Below, in pieces: positions 17,800 to 26,235 of a DNA stretch of 41,022 nt. Each line of letters starts with the position of its first letter. Position 1 is the first letter of the stretch. The position numbers and the translations under genes are program-made. This DNA is from Bacteroidetes bacterium 4572_117 (lineage in GTDB: Bacteria > Bacteroidota > Bacteroidia > Bacteroidales > NBLH01), in NCBI GenBank assembly GCA_002084525.1, contig NBLH01000006.1, forward strand, positions 1 through 41,022, written 5' to 3'. The notes under the pieces are model-generated. The model made no database searches. It was given only the letters and a program-made list of their open reading frames with translations, and was not told the origin of the DNA.

Positions 17800-18630
17800 A
17801 TGTCACAAATAAAAGCAGCCGATGTAGCTAAGCTTAGAAAAATGACTGGTGCAGGAATGATGGACTGCAAAAAAGCGCTTAGCGAAACAAATGGTGATTT
17901 TGACGAGGCTATCGACATCCTAAGGAAAAAAGGCCAAAAACTTGCCAGCAAAAGAGCTGACAGGGAGGCTTCTGAAGGTGCAGTACTTGCAAAAACATCA
18001 GATGATAATACTTATGGTGCGATATTGGCTTTAAATTGCGAAACAGATTTTGTTGCAAAAAATGTTGACTTTGTAAAATTTGCACAAGATATTTTAGATA
18101 TCGCTATAAAAAACAAACCTGCAAACCTTGATGCGTTAAAATCTTTAGAAATCAACGGAACTAAAATTGAAGACGAAATCGTTAATCAAATTGGCGTAAT
18201 TGGAGAAAAACTAGAACTTTCTTATTTTGAAAGTGTTTCTGATGAATTTGTTTCTTCTTATATACATCCAGGCAATAAGTTGGCATCAATGGCAGCTTTT
18301 AATAGAGCAGGTTTTGATGAGCAAGTAGGTAAAGATGTTGTAATGCAAATTGCTGCTATGAACCCAATTGCTATTGATAAAGGTGATGTTACTGAAGAAG
18401 TTGTTGCAAAAGAAATTGAAATTGGTAAAGATCAGGCAATCCAAGAAGGAAAACCTGCTGATTTAGCTGAAAAAATAGCAAAAGGAAGATTAAATAAGTT
18501 CTTTAAAGAAAATACTTTATTAAATCAACAATTTGTTAAAGACAATAAAATATCGATAAAAGATTATCTTACCAAAATAGATAAAAGTTTAACAGTTACA
18601 GTATTTAAAAGATATACTTTAAATGTGTAA
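17800..18630 (+). CDS. tsf: Translation elongation factor Ts
   Basis: VAKLRKMTGAGMMDCKKAL forms the UBA-like N-domain and NCETDFVAKN is present. The length is typical at 276 aa. Confidence 0.95.
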   Translation: MSQIKAADVAKLRKMTGAGMMDCKKALSETNGDFDEAIDILRKKGQKLASKRADREASEGAVLAKTSDDNTYGAILALNCETDFVAKNVDFVKFAQDILDIAIKNKPANLDALKSLEINGTKIEDEIVNQIGVIGEKLELSYFESVSDEFVSSYIHPGNKLASMAAFNRAGFDEQVGKDVVMQIAAMNPIAIDKGDVTEEVVAKEIEIGKDQAIQEGKPADLAEKIAKGRLNKFFKENTLLNQQFVKDNKISIKDYLTKIDKSLTVTVFKRYTLNV

Positions 18631-18651
18631 TTTTAATATTTATTGATAAAA

Positions 18652-18686
18652 AAAAGAGCTTTGAAATTTCAAAGCTCTTTTTTTTA
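18652..18686 (+). terminator. Rho-independent terminator after tsf
   Basis: AGAGCTTTGA-AAT-TTCAAAGCTCT is a perfect stem followed by a T8 run. An upstream A-run makes it potentially bidirectional. Confidence 0.85.
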
Positions 18687-18701
18687 TACCTAAATTCTAA
18701 T

Positions 18702-18709
18702 TACTTTTG
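18702..18709 (+). promoter_or_regulatory. Candidate Bacteroidota -7 promoter box (TAnnTTTG) for pyrH
   Basis: TACTTTTG lies 25 nt upstream of ATG 18734, just after the tsf terminator. Confidence 0.45.
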
Positions 18710-18733
18710 ATTTTTTAATTAAAAACTAAATAA

Positions 18734-19441
18734 ATGAAATACAATAGGGTACTTTTAAAATTAAGTGGCGAAGCGTTAATGGGTAACGATAATTACGGCA
18801 TAAATGCTGAAATTATTTCTGGTTATGTTGAACAAATTATCCGAATTGTTAAAAACGGCACCCAAGTAGGAATTGTTATTGGCGGAGGAAATATTTTTAG
18901 GGGTATGACCGGAACCGGGAAAGGCTTTGATAGGGTAATTGGTGATCAAATGGGGATGATGGCTACCGTAATCAACAGCATGGCTTTATTGTCGGCTTTC
19001 GAAAATAACGGGCAAAAAGCTAGGGTTTTTACAGCTTTCTCTATCGAATCGATTGGTGAGCGGTTTAGCAAACAAAAAGCAACCCAAGCAATGAAATCAG
19101 GTGAGGTGGCTATATTTTCAGGTGGTACAGGAAATCCATTTTTCACTACAGACAGTGCTTCGGCATTGCGGGCGGTAGAAATTGAAGCCGATGTTTTACT
19201 TAAAGGTACACGGGTTGATGGTATTTATACAGCCGATCCTGAAAAAGACCCGAAAGCAGAGAAATTTGAGCAAATAAGTTTTAACGAAACAATACGCCTA
19301 GATTTAAAAATTATGGATCAAACTGCATTTACTATGTGCAAAGAAAATAATTTGCCTATTATAGTTTTTGACATGAATAAAGCGGGGAATCTTGATAGAA
19401 TTGTTAATGGCGAAAATGTCGGGACACTTGTAAACTTGTAG
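18734..19441 (+). CDS. pyrH: UMP kinase
   Basis: RVLLKLSGEAL, VIGGGNIFRG, FSGGTGNPFFTTDSAA-like and KGTRVDGIYTADP motifs are present. Confidence 0.95.
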   Translation: MKYNRVLLKLSGEALMGNDNYGINAEIISGYVEQIIRIVKNGTQVGIVIGGGNIFRGMTGTGKGFDRVIGDQMGMMATVINSMALLSAFENNGQKARVFTAFSIESIGERFSKQKATQAMKSGEVAIFSGGTGNPFFTTDSASALRAVEIEADVLLKGTRVDGIYTADPEKDPKAEKFEQISFNETIRLDLKIMDQTAFTMCKENNLPIIVFDMNKAGNLDRIVNGENVGTLVNL

Positions 19442-19647
19442 TTTCAAGCTACACATATTTTGACGCAAGATAAACATACAAGGTTGGAGCTAAATATGTC
19501 GTATTAATTTAAAATACATTTTGCTTTTATTATAGCCCTGAAAAGGCCTGATAGCAATAGCCTGGGTGCGTAGTACCGGAAAAAAATAGGCGTAAGCACA
19601 CCACCGACGGAAAGTCAACATCTAAAGTTTATGGTTACTAGGTTGGC

Positions 19648-19684
19648 AAAAAAAGAAAAAGGAAGACGCAATGTCCTCCTTTTT
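19648..19684 (-). terminator. Terminator hairpin (bidirectional type) downstream of the T9SS-CTD mini-gene
   Basis: AGGAAGAC-GCAAT-GTCCTCCT pairs at 7 of 8 positions. It is flanked by an A-rich run on the left and TTTT on the right, so the minus-strand transcript gets a T-rich tail. It lies 40 nt after the stop at 19724. Confidence 0.55.
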
Positions 19685-19723
19685 CACCAAATTAAACCAT
19701 AAAACTAAAAACAAACACTAAAC

Positions 19724-20068
19724 CTACTTTACAAGCAACTTTTTAATAACCGACTTTTTATCGTCAAAAGTTACTTTTACAAGATATATTCCTTTATCGC
19801 AATTTCCTATGTAAACTGGCAATTCTTGTAAGGCAAAATTGTCATTTTCTGTCCTGTTTATTGATTTACCTATTACATTTACGACTTCTACTTTTATTAT
19901 ATTTGATGCCGTTTTAACCGTGAATTTTTCCCCAACCAAAGGGTTTGGGTAAATTAACACTTCATGCGGCTTCTTATTGTTTAAATCAGTATCCACTAAA
20001 CCTTGAGCTATACCATTAAAGGCAAACAAACCAAGTATACCATATATTAAACCTATTTTAAGTTTCAT
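19724..20068 (-). CDS. Signal peptide plus T9SS type-A C-terminal sorting domain protein with almost no passenger
   Basis: The signal peptide is MKLKIGLIYGILGLFAFNGIAQ. After about 15 residues comes VLIYPNPLVGEKFTVK...VEVVNVIGKSI...GIYLVKVTFDDKKSVIKKLLVK, a Por/T9SS CTD signature. Total length is 114 aa. Confidence 0.75.
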   Translation of the reverse strand: MKLKIGLIYGILGLFAFNGIAQGLVDTDLNNKKPHEVLIYPNPLVGEKFTVKTASNIIKVEVVNVIGKSINRTENDNFALQELPVYIGNCDKGIYLVKVTFDDKKSVIKKLLVK

Positions 20069-20336
20069 TATATTTTTAGGGCTACCTTTTATTTATTATA
20101 CGTAATTTTATAAAAAAAGTTTCAAAAAAGTTTAAAAAAAACTCAAATTAAACACTAACTGTTTGTTCGTCAGTGAAGTAATCTTGTGTTTTTTTATTTA
20201 TTATGGCTGCAAAGTACAAATAATTAGCTTAACAACAAACTTTTTTCCATCATTTGAATGAAAATGATGAGCAATTGATGAAATTATTATATAAATGAAA
20301 TATCTTTAACCAATTAAGTAAAGCTGACAAATGATT

Positions 20337-21089
20337 TTAATCAATAAAACCTTGTTCTATTATTCGGTCCAAATCCTCCTGTGTATCTATTGAAATGTTT
20401 TCGTGATCAGTTTCAACAACTTTTATTTTAAATGCATTTTCTAACCACCTGTTTTGTTCAAGTGATTCTGCATTTTCTAAAGATGAAGGGGGTAGTTTTG
20501 TTATTTCAGATAAAATTTCTGATTTATAACCATATAACCCAAGATGCTCGTAAAAAGTAAATTTATCAAACCAATCTTCCTTTTTTGTGGCATTAATATA
20601 TGGGATTGTTGACCTACTAAAATAAATAGCCTCTGATTTTGTATTCATAATAACTTTAGGGCAACTTGGATCAAAAACAATTCCTGCTTCGGTAATTTTT
20701 TTTACTAAGGTTACTATTTGGGTATCAGGTATTTTAAAACAACCTATTATTTGCTTTATTTGTTCACCCTGTATAAAAGGTTCATCGCCTTGGATGTTTA
20801 TTACAAAATCAAATTTTTGGCTGGTTTCTTTTTGAAAAACTTTTAAAGCTTCATAACATCGGTCTGTTCCACTTTGGTGTTTTTCTGAGGTCATGACAAC
20901 TTGTCCATTAAATCGCCTTACTTCTTCAAAAATGCGCATGTCATCAGTAGCAACTATAACATTATCAAGTGTTTTAGCAGATTGTTTATATACTCGCTCA
21001 ATCATTGATTTACTGCCGATTTTCACCAAAGGTTTCCCCAGAAATCTTGACGAAGCCCATCTTGCAGGGATTATTCCAAGAACATTCAT
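20337..21089 (-). CDS. kdsB: 3-deoxy-manno-octulosonate cytidylyltransferase (CMP-Kdo synthetase)
   Basis: GIIPARWASSRFLGKPL, ATDD, SGTDR and NIQGDEP motifs are present. Length is 250 aa. Confidence 0.92.
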   Translation of the reverse strand: MNVLGIIPARWASSRFLGKPLVKIGSKSMIERVYKQSAKTLDNVIVATDDMRIFEEVRRFNGQVVMTSEKHQSGTDRCYEALKVFQKETSQKFDFVINIQGDEPFIQGEQIKQIIGCFKIPDTQIVTLVKKITEAGIVFDPSCPKVIMNTKSEAIYFSRSTIPYINATKKEDWFDKFTFYEHLGLYGYKSEILSEITKLPPSSLENAESLEQNRWLENAFKIKVVETDHENISIDTQEDLDRIIEQGFID

Positions 21090-21209
21090 AGCATAAATTA
21101 TTTAAATTAATATTCTATTTATTTTGACATTATTAAAATTATTGTTTACTTTGCTGTAGTTTAATTATGTGAATTACCAATTTTAATACATTATTTATAA
21201 ATTAAGTTG

Positions 21210-21217
21210 TAATTTTG
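21210..21217 (+). promoter_or_regulatory. Candidate Bacteroidota -7 promoter box (TAnnTTTG)
   Basis: TAATTTTG lies 61 nt upstream of ATG 21278. Confidence 0.35.
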
Positions 21218-21277
21218 TCAGGTAATAATTAGCTTTATGTGCGAAATTATTATTTAATTCTTAAAAAACAATTCTTA

Positions 21278-22504
21278 ATGGATTTACAAAATATCAAACT
21301 TAGATTTGGGATTATTGGTAATTCGCATCAACTAAACAGGGCAATTGATATAGCTATGCAGGTGGCAGCAACTGATTTATCGGTGTTGATAACCGGCGAA
21401 AGTGGAACGGGTAAAGAAACTTTCCCGAAAATTATACATCACCTAAGCCCTAGAAAGCACAATAACTATATAGCTGTAAACTGTGGAGCAATACCTGAAG
21501 GAACCATTGATTCTGAGTTATTTGGACATGAAAAAGGGGCATTTACAGGTGCTCTAGATCATAGAAAAGGATATTTTGAACATGCAGATAAAGGAACTAT
21601 TTTTTTAGATGAGGTTGCAGAACTACCTTTGTCAACACAGGTGAGGTTATTAAGGATTCTTGAAACAGGGGAGTTCATGAAAGTTGGTTCATCAAAAGTA
21701 GTAAAAACTGACGTGCGAATTGTAGCTGCAACTAATGTCAATGTTTTAGATGCAATTAGTAGCGGTAAATTCAGGGAAGATTTATATTACAGGTTAAACA
21801 CAGTCCCAATTTCAATTCCTCCTTTAAGAAAACGTAATGAGGATATTATTCTGTTATTCAGGAAATTTGCACAGGATTTTAGCGAAAAATACAGAATGCC
21901 ACCAGTGAAACTTGACGATGAAGCCAAAGCTATATTTTATAGTTATAAATGGCCGGGAAATATTAGGCAGTTGAAAAATATTACAGAGCAATTGTCTATT
22001 ATTGAACAAAACAGGGTAATAACAGGGGAGGATATTAAAGAATACCTGCCTATTTATGAAGGCCAAAAACTTCCAGCACTTTATAATGAGGTTGATTCAA
22101 AAACTTTTGCATCAGAAAGAGAAATCCTTTACAAAATTCTTTTTGATATGAAAAAAGACATGAATGATCTAAAAAAAGTTGTCCAGGAAATTAAAAATGG
22201 CGATAAATCAACAGCAATATTCTCGAAAAACGAAGATTTTGTTGATTCATTTTATTCAAATAGTGATGCGTTTGAAGCAAAGATGCAAAAAAAACGAATC
22301 GATATCGATGCTGAAAAAAATTACAATATACAGGATACAGAAGAGTTTGTCGAAGAATCACTATCTATTGAACTGAAGGAAATTGAACTTATTAAAAAGG
22401 CTTTAGAAAAGCATAAAGGAAAAAGGAAAGCAGCAGCCGTGGACTTAGGGATTTCGGAACGAACTTTGTATCGTAAGATAAAAGAGTTTAATATTGAACA
22501 ATAG
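21278..22504 (+). CDS. Sigma-54-dependent transcriptional activator (AAA+ plus Fis-type HTH, no N-terminal sensory domain)
   Basis: Walker A is GESGTGKE. GAFTGA is intact within ELFGHEKGAFTGA, Walker B is IFLDEV and the R-finger region is present. The C-terminal HTH is AAAVDLGISERTLYRKIKEF. The AAA+ core starts about 15 residues after the preferred ATG 21278; the track ORF starts at GTG 21239. Confidence 0.88.
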   Translation: MDLQNIKLRFGIIGNSHQLNRAIDIAMQVAATDLSVLITGESGTGKETFPKIIHHLSPRKHNNYIAVNCGAIPEGTIDSELFGHEKGAFTGALDHRKGYFEHADKGTIFLDEVAELPLSTQVRLLRILETGEFMKVGSSKVVKTDVRIVAATNVNVLDAISSGKFREDLYYRLNTVPISIPPLRKRNEDIILLFRKFAQDFSEKYRMPPVKLDDEAKAIFYSYKWPGNIRQLKNITEQLSIIEQNRVITGEDIKEYLPIYEGQKLPALYNEVDSKTFASEREILYKILFDMKKDMNDLKKVVQEIKNGDKSTAIFSKNEDFVDSFYSNSDAFEAKMQKKRIDIDAEKNYNIQDTEEFVEESLSIELKEIELIKKALEKHKGKRKAAAVDLGISERTLYRKIKEFNIEQ

Positions 22505-22634
22505 TGTCAGTAGGAATAAATTAACAAGGCTTAGGTTTAAATATTCTGTGATACTTGTTTCTTAGTGTTTTACATTAAACGTCAAATAATTAAAGGATGT
22601 AATAGTTTGCAATTAATTAATTAAATTTAACCGT

Positions 22635-23144
22635 GTGAAAACCATATTTGTATACATAATGCTTACGCTTACACTGTTTTTACATGCGTGTGGGATTTAT
22701 ACCTTTTCAGGGGCATCTATCCCGCCTGGTGCCAAAACAGTTTCGGTAGATTATTTTAAAAATAACGCACCAATTTTTAACCCTACTTTAAGCCAGGAAA
22801 TAACTGAAATGCTTCAGGACAAGCTAGTATCCCAAACTTCGCTTGATTTAACAAGCGGTATGGGCGATTTGCAGTTTAAGGGCGAAATAACAGGATATTC
22901 AACATCTCCGGTTTCTATAACTTCAAGTACGGATCTTACAGCTGCATCTAATCGACTTACAATAAAAGTTAAGGTCGAATTTATTAATGAATTTGATGAA
23001 TCATTAAATTATACACAAACATTTTCGAGGTATTCAGATTATCCTTCAACAATGAACCTAAGTGAAGCAGAGGCTACCGAGGTTCCGGTAATTCTTGAAT
23101 TAATTGTTGATGATATTTTTAATAAAGCTGTTGTAAATTGGTGA
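22635..23144 (+). CDS. LptE-like lipoprotein
   Basis: The lipoprotein signal has a lipobox (LFLHAC-G). Size, the beta-rich sequence (YTFSGASIP...VSVDYFKN) and the position after the sigma54 activator and before secG match the Bacteroidota LptE-family gene as I recall it. The start is GTG. Confidence 0.55.
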   Translation: MKTIFVYIMLTLTLFLHACGIYTFSGASIPPGAKTVSVDYFKNNAPIFNPTLSQEITEMLQDKLVSQTSLDLTSGMGDLQFKGEITGYSTSPVSITSSTDLTAASNRLTIKVKVEFINEFDESLNYTQTFSRYSDYPSTMNLSEAEATEVPVILELIVDDIFNKAVVNW

Positions 23145-23369
23145 AATAAGCTTTGGTGTTAGGCTTTTAATTAAAATTATGTAAACTATATTTAATACTA
23201 GCATAGAATTTGTTTATTCAAACTTTAAATAGGGGCCAATAATATAAGTAAAATGTGCAATGTGTTGATATATAGGCTAGTAATGCAGATTTGGAATTGG
23301 TAAAAATTATTATGTACAGGTGAAATTTTGTCAATAAACAAAGTTTTACAGGATAAATACTACAAGATT

Positions 23370-25649
23370 ATGGATATTAATCAATTATTTTCTATCATAG
23401 GAGAAAAAAAATTATATACAGAGGAAACTATTTCTGAGGCCCAAAAATTAATTGATAGGTTTCCTTATTTTTCTACTGGGCACATGCTCCTCTTAAGAGC
23501 AATGCGTGATACCAAATCAGCAAAATTTGATAATCAGCTTAATATCTCAGGAGGTTTTATTGCTGACAAGAAAAGGTTGTACCAATTTATTAATACCGCA
23601 AAAGCAGAAATAAAAACGGAAGAAAGTGGCTATAAACTTGTCTCTCAGGAAATAAATCAAAATGTAGTAGGGACACCGAAAGACAAATCACCAGAAACGA
23701 AAACAGAAATCTCACAAACGGAAAAAAAAGCTGAACTAGGTAATAATAAGGAGCAAACAGGCCCACAAAAAGAAATTGAATTTGAAATTAGTCGTACCAA
23801 AAAAGAACCCAAGGTAAGAGTACAGAAAACAAAAATGTCAGTAAAAGGTATTTATGATTCTGAATTAGAAAGGAAAATTCATGAAAATTCAAAAAAAAGA
23901 CATCATGGGATTGTTAACGATTTTTTTGTTGATCCCACAAAAAAAGTTACTATAATTGATGAAACTGCTGATGCATTGAACCTTCTGCAAGAAACTGAAC
24001 TTTCTAAAGAAAAAAAATCTACTATAGATAAGAACGAATCCCTTTTAGAGAAAAAAAATCAAAGAAAAGAAAAAATAGAATCAAATGTTTTTGAAGAAAT
24101 TGTATCAGTCGAAAAAGAAGAGATACAAAAAAAAGAAGAGCCTGTTGTTATAGATGAAATAAAACATGATAAACAAAATAAGCTGGTTGTAGAAGAAATT
24201 AAACCTATAATAAAAGAAAAAGAGCCTATTGAAAAGAAAAAAACACTTAATAGTGGTGGAGATTTGAATACGGGTGGTAAAACAGTTAGTGGAAATAGCA
24301 GAAAGAAACAGTCTGATGTTATGAATGATATTTTCGCCAAAATTAAAGCTATCAAAAAAGAACTGAATGTAAATGCCGGTGAAAAGGAAAAGGCTGCAGA
24401 TATTAGCAAAACAAACAAAACAATAGAGCCAAAAATATTGAATCAGGAGGAAGATAAGAAAAAGAAAGTTGCAGGAAATACTATTAGCAAAAAGAAACTA
24501 ACTGATATTAAGGCCATAAAGGATCAAATAAATGAAAAAATCAGCCTTAAAAAAGAGGAGCTATTAACTACCAACGACCTGATTGTCCAACAGCAGAAGA
24601 AAAAAATTGAGGAAAAAGAGGATAACCCTGAGGAACAAAAAAAGTTAAAAGAAGAATCATTATTTGTAAATCAAGAGGAACCTGAAGAGATTGTAAATCA
24701 CATAGAAAAAACGAATGTTGAAGTAACTGGAGAAGAAAAAACAATAGTTGAAGAAAAAGAAGAGCTGCCGGTTAATTTGAAAAATGAAGAGGTGGTAATA
24801 GAAAAAGAGGATGTTTCTGTTACCAATTTGAAAAAAGAGGAGACGATAATTGAAGAAGAAACCAAATTAAAGACCGAAAAGGATGAAATAATTATTGTCG
24901 AGGATGAAAAAACACCTGTTGATACCCAAAAAGAAGAGCAAATAGTTGTCGACGAAAAAGATATTTCTGATGAGACAGAAAAAAAATTGGAAAAGAAGGA
25001 GGAAAAACCAGAAGTAGAAGAAGAAAGTGCTGCTGATGCTTTGTTGAAAAGGATTGCTCTAAAAAAGCAAAAAAAGAAGGAAAAGGAACTAGAGGAGGCA
25101 AATATGGCCAATGAAAAAAAGTCTGAAACAGAACCTGTAATTGAATCTTCATTAGAAAAAAACGATGAAGTTGAAACCAAAACAGAACAAATAATTGAAA
25201 AAGCTATAGTTGAAAAGGAAGAACCTGAAACTCGTATTGAAGCAACAAAAGCTGGTCAATTATCAGAAAATGAGGTTGATAGCTATAAAGTAGAAAAGGA
25301 ATTATTGGTGATAGACGACAAGGTACATGAAACAAAAATTGAAAAAGAAAATGTTGATATACCAAAAACTAGGAAATCAAAAAAACTCATAGATGACTTT
25401 ATAAATAAATCGGACTCGTTAGAAAGACTAGGAAGTAAGGCCCCAAGCATAAAAGGCGATATGTCCACTGCTAGTTTTGAAGAAAAAGAAGAGTTTAGCA
25501 CAGAGGCAATGGCAGATTTATATATACAACAAAAATACTATGATAAAGCTATAAACATTTACAACAAATTAATTTTGAAGTTTCCACAAAAAAAGACTTA
25601 CTTTGCAATCCAAATAAAAAGAGTACAAAGTTTAATAAAAAATAAATAA
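23370..25649 (+). CDS. E/K-rich low-complexity protein with conserved N-terminal segment and C-terminal TPR-like motif
   Basis: The N-terminal portion is about 80 aa (LIDRFPYFSTGHMLLLRAM). The C-terminal portion is EAMADLYIQQKYYDKAINIYNKLILKFPQKK. Between them lie about 600 aa of polyampholyte made of K, E, I, T and V. ATG 23370 is preferred over TTG 23328. secG starts 5 nt after the stop. Confidence 0.7.
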   Translation: MDINQLFSIIGEKKLYTEETISEAQKLIDRFPYFSTGHMLLLRAMRDTKSAKFDNQLNISGGFIADKKRLYQFINTAKAEIKTEESGYKLVSQEINQNVVGTPKDKSPETKTEISQTEKKAELGNNKEQTGPQKEIEFEISRTKKEPKVRVQKTKMSVKGIYDSELERKIHENSKKRHHGIVNDFFVDPTKKVTIIDETADALNLLQETELSKEKKSTIDKNESLLEKKNQRKEKIESNVFEEIVSVEKEEIQKKEEPVVIDEIKHDKQNKLVVEEIKPIIKEKEPIEKKKTLNSGGDLNTGGKTVSGNSRKKQSDVMNDIFAKIKAIKKELNVNAGEKEKAADISKTNKTIEPKILNQEEDKKKKVAGNTISKKKLTDIKAIKDQINEKISLKKEELLTTNDLIVQQQKKKIEEKEDNPEEQKKLKEESLFVNQEEPEEIVNHIEKTNVEVTGEEKTIVEEKEELPVNLKNEEVVIEKEDVSVTNLKKEETIIEEETKLKTEKDEIIIVEDEKTPVDTQKEEQIVVDEKDISDETEKKLEKKEEKPEVEEESAADALLKRIALKKQKKKEKELEEANMANEKKSETEPVIESSLEKNDEVETKTEQIIEKAIVEKEEPETRIEATKAGQLSENEVDSYKVEKELLVIDDKVHETKIEKENVDIPKTRKSKKLIDDFINKSDSLERLGSKAPSIKGDMSTASFEEKEEFSTEAMADLYIQQKYYDKAINIYNKLILKFPQKKTYFAIQIKRVQSLIKNK

Positions 25650-25654
25650 TTATT

Positions 25655-25990
25655 ATGTTCACATTAATATCTGTTTTAACGATTATTGCAAGTGTTTTAA
25701 TGATACTAATTGTATTAGTTCAAAATTCAAAAGGTGGGGGTTTGGTTTCGAATTTCTCATCATCAAACCAAATAATGGGTGTAAGGAAAACTGCTGATTT
25801 TTTAGAAAAAGCAACATGGACTTTAGCTTTATCAATACTAGTGCTTAGTATTGCAGGTAGCATGCTTATACCACGCTCTTCCGATACTGAACAAGAATCG
25901 GTAATGAAAGATCAAATTGAAAACGCAAGCGATGCACCATTAGTCCCTAATATCCCGGCAGCAAATAGTGGTACAAAAAAAGAAGAATAA
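25655..25990 (+). CDS. secG: Preprotein translocase subunit SecG
   Basis: Two TM helices with the LVQNSKGGGL signature. Length is 111 aa. Confidence 0.88.
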   Translation: MFTLISVLTIIASVLMILIVLVQNSKGGGLVSNFSSSNQIMGVRKTADFLEKATWTLALSILVLSIAGSMLIPRSSDTEQESVMKDQIENASDAPLVPNIPAANSGTKKEE

Positions 25991-26046
25991 TATTCGAATT
26001 CGCTTAGCTTATTAAAATATAGCATGTTTCAATTAAAATTTTACAA

Positions 26047-26076
26047 AAGCTATCTGTATGTGCAGATGGCTTTTTT
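26047..26076 (+). terminator. Rho-independent terminator after secG
   Basis: AAGCTATCTG-TATGTG-CAGATGGCTT (one G-U pair) is followed by a T-run. Confidence 0.8.
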
Positions 26077-26130
26077 ATTGCCTTTATCTCAGAACTCTTG
26101 ACCTATAAACAGAGTATCAATGCGTTATGG

Positions 26131-26235
26131 GTTTTGTTCGTAAAATAGAGTTGTCGTAAAAAGTCATTAGAAATTAGTTATTAGTCATTGAAAATAGCGT
26201 ATAACAACCTAATGACCAATGCCTAATGACCAGTC
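26131..26235. repeat. Heptanucleotide-periodic tract with forward AGTCATT units and inverted TAATGACC units
   Basis: Units read GTTTTGTT CGTAAAAT AGAGTTGT CGTAAAA AGTCATT AGAAATT AGTTATT AGTCATT GAAAAT AGCGTAT AACAACC TAATGACC AATGCC TAATGACC. The 7-mer family is the same as at 7526-7657. Confidence 0.7.

Noticed and set aside
22593-22611. Sigma54-like promoter AAGGATGTAATAGTTTGCA upstream of the lptE-like gene
   Set aside because: The -24 element is GGA rather than GGC. The GG-to-GC spacing is 13 nt rather than the 11 nt of TGGCAC-N5-TTGC.
24059-25501. Several long minus-strand ORFs (119, 160, 86 and 72 aa) rich in S and F
   Set aside because: They are artefacts of the homopurine coding strand of the E/K-rich gene. 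The antisense of GAA/AAA/GAG codons is stop-free TTC/TTT/CTC.
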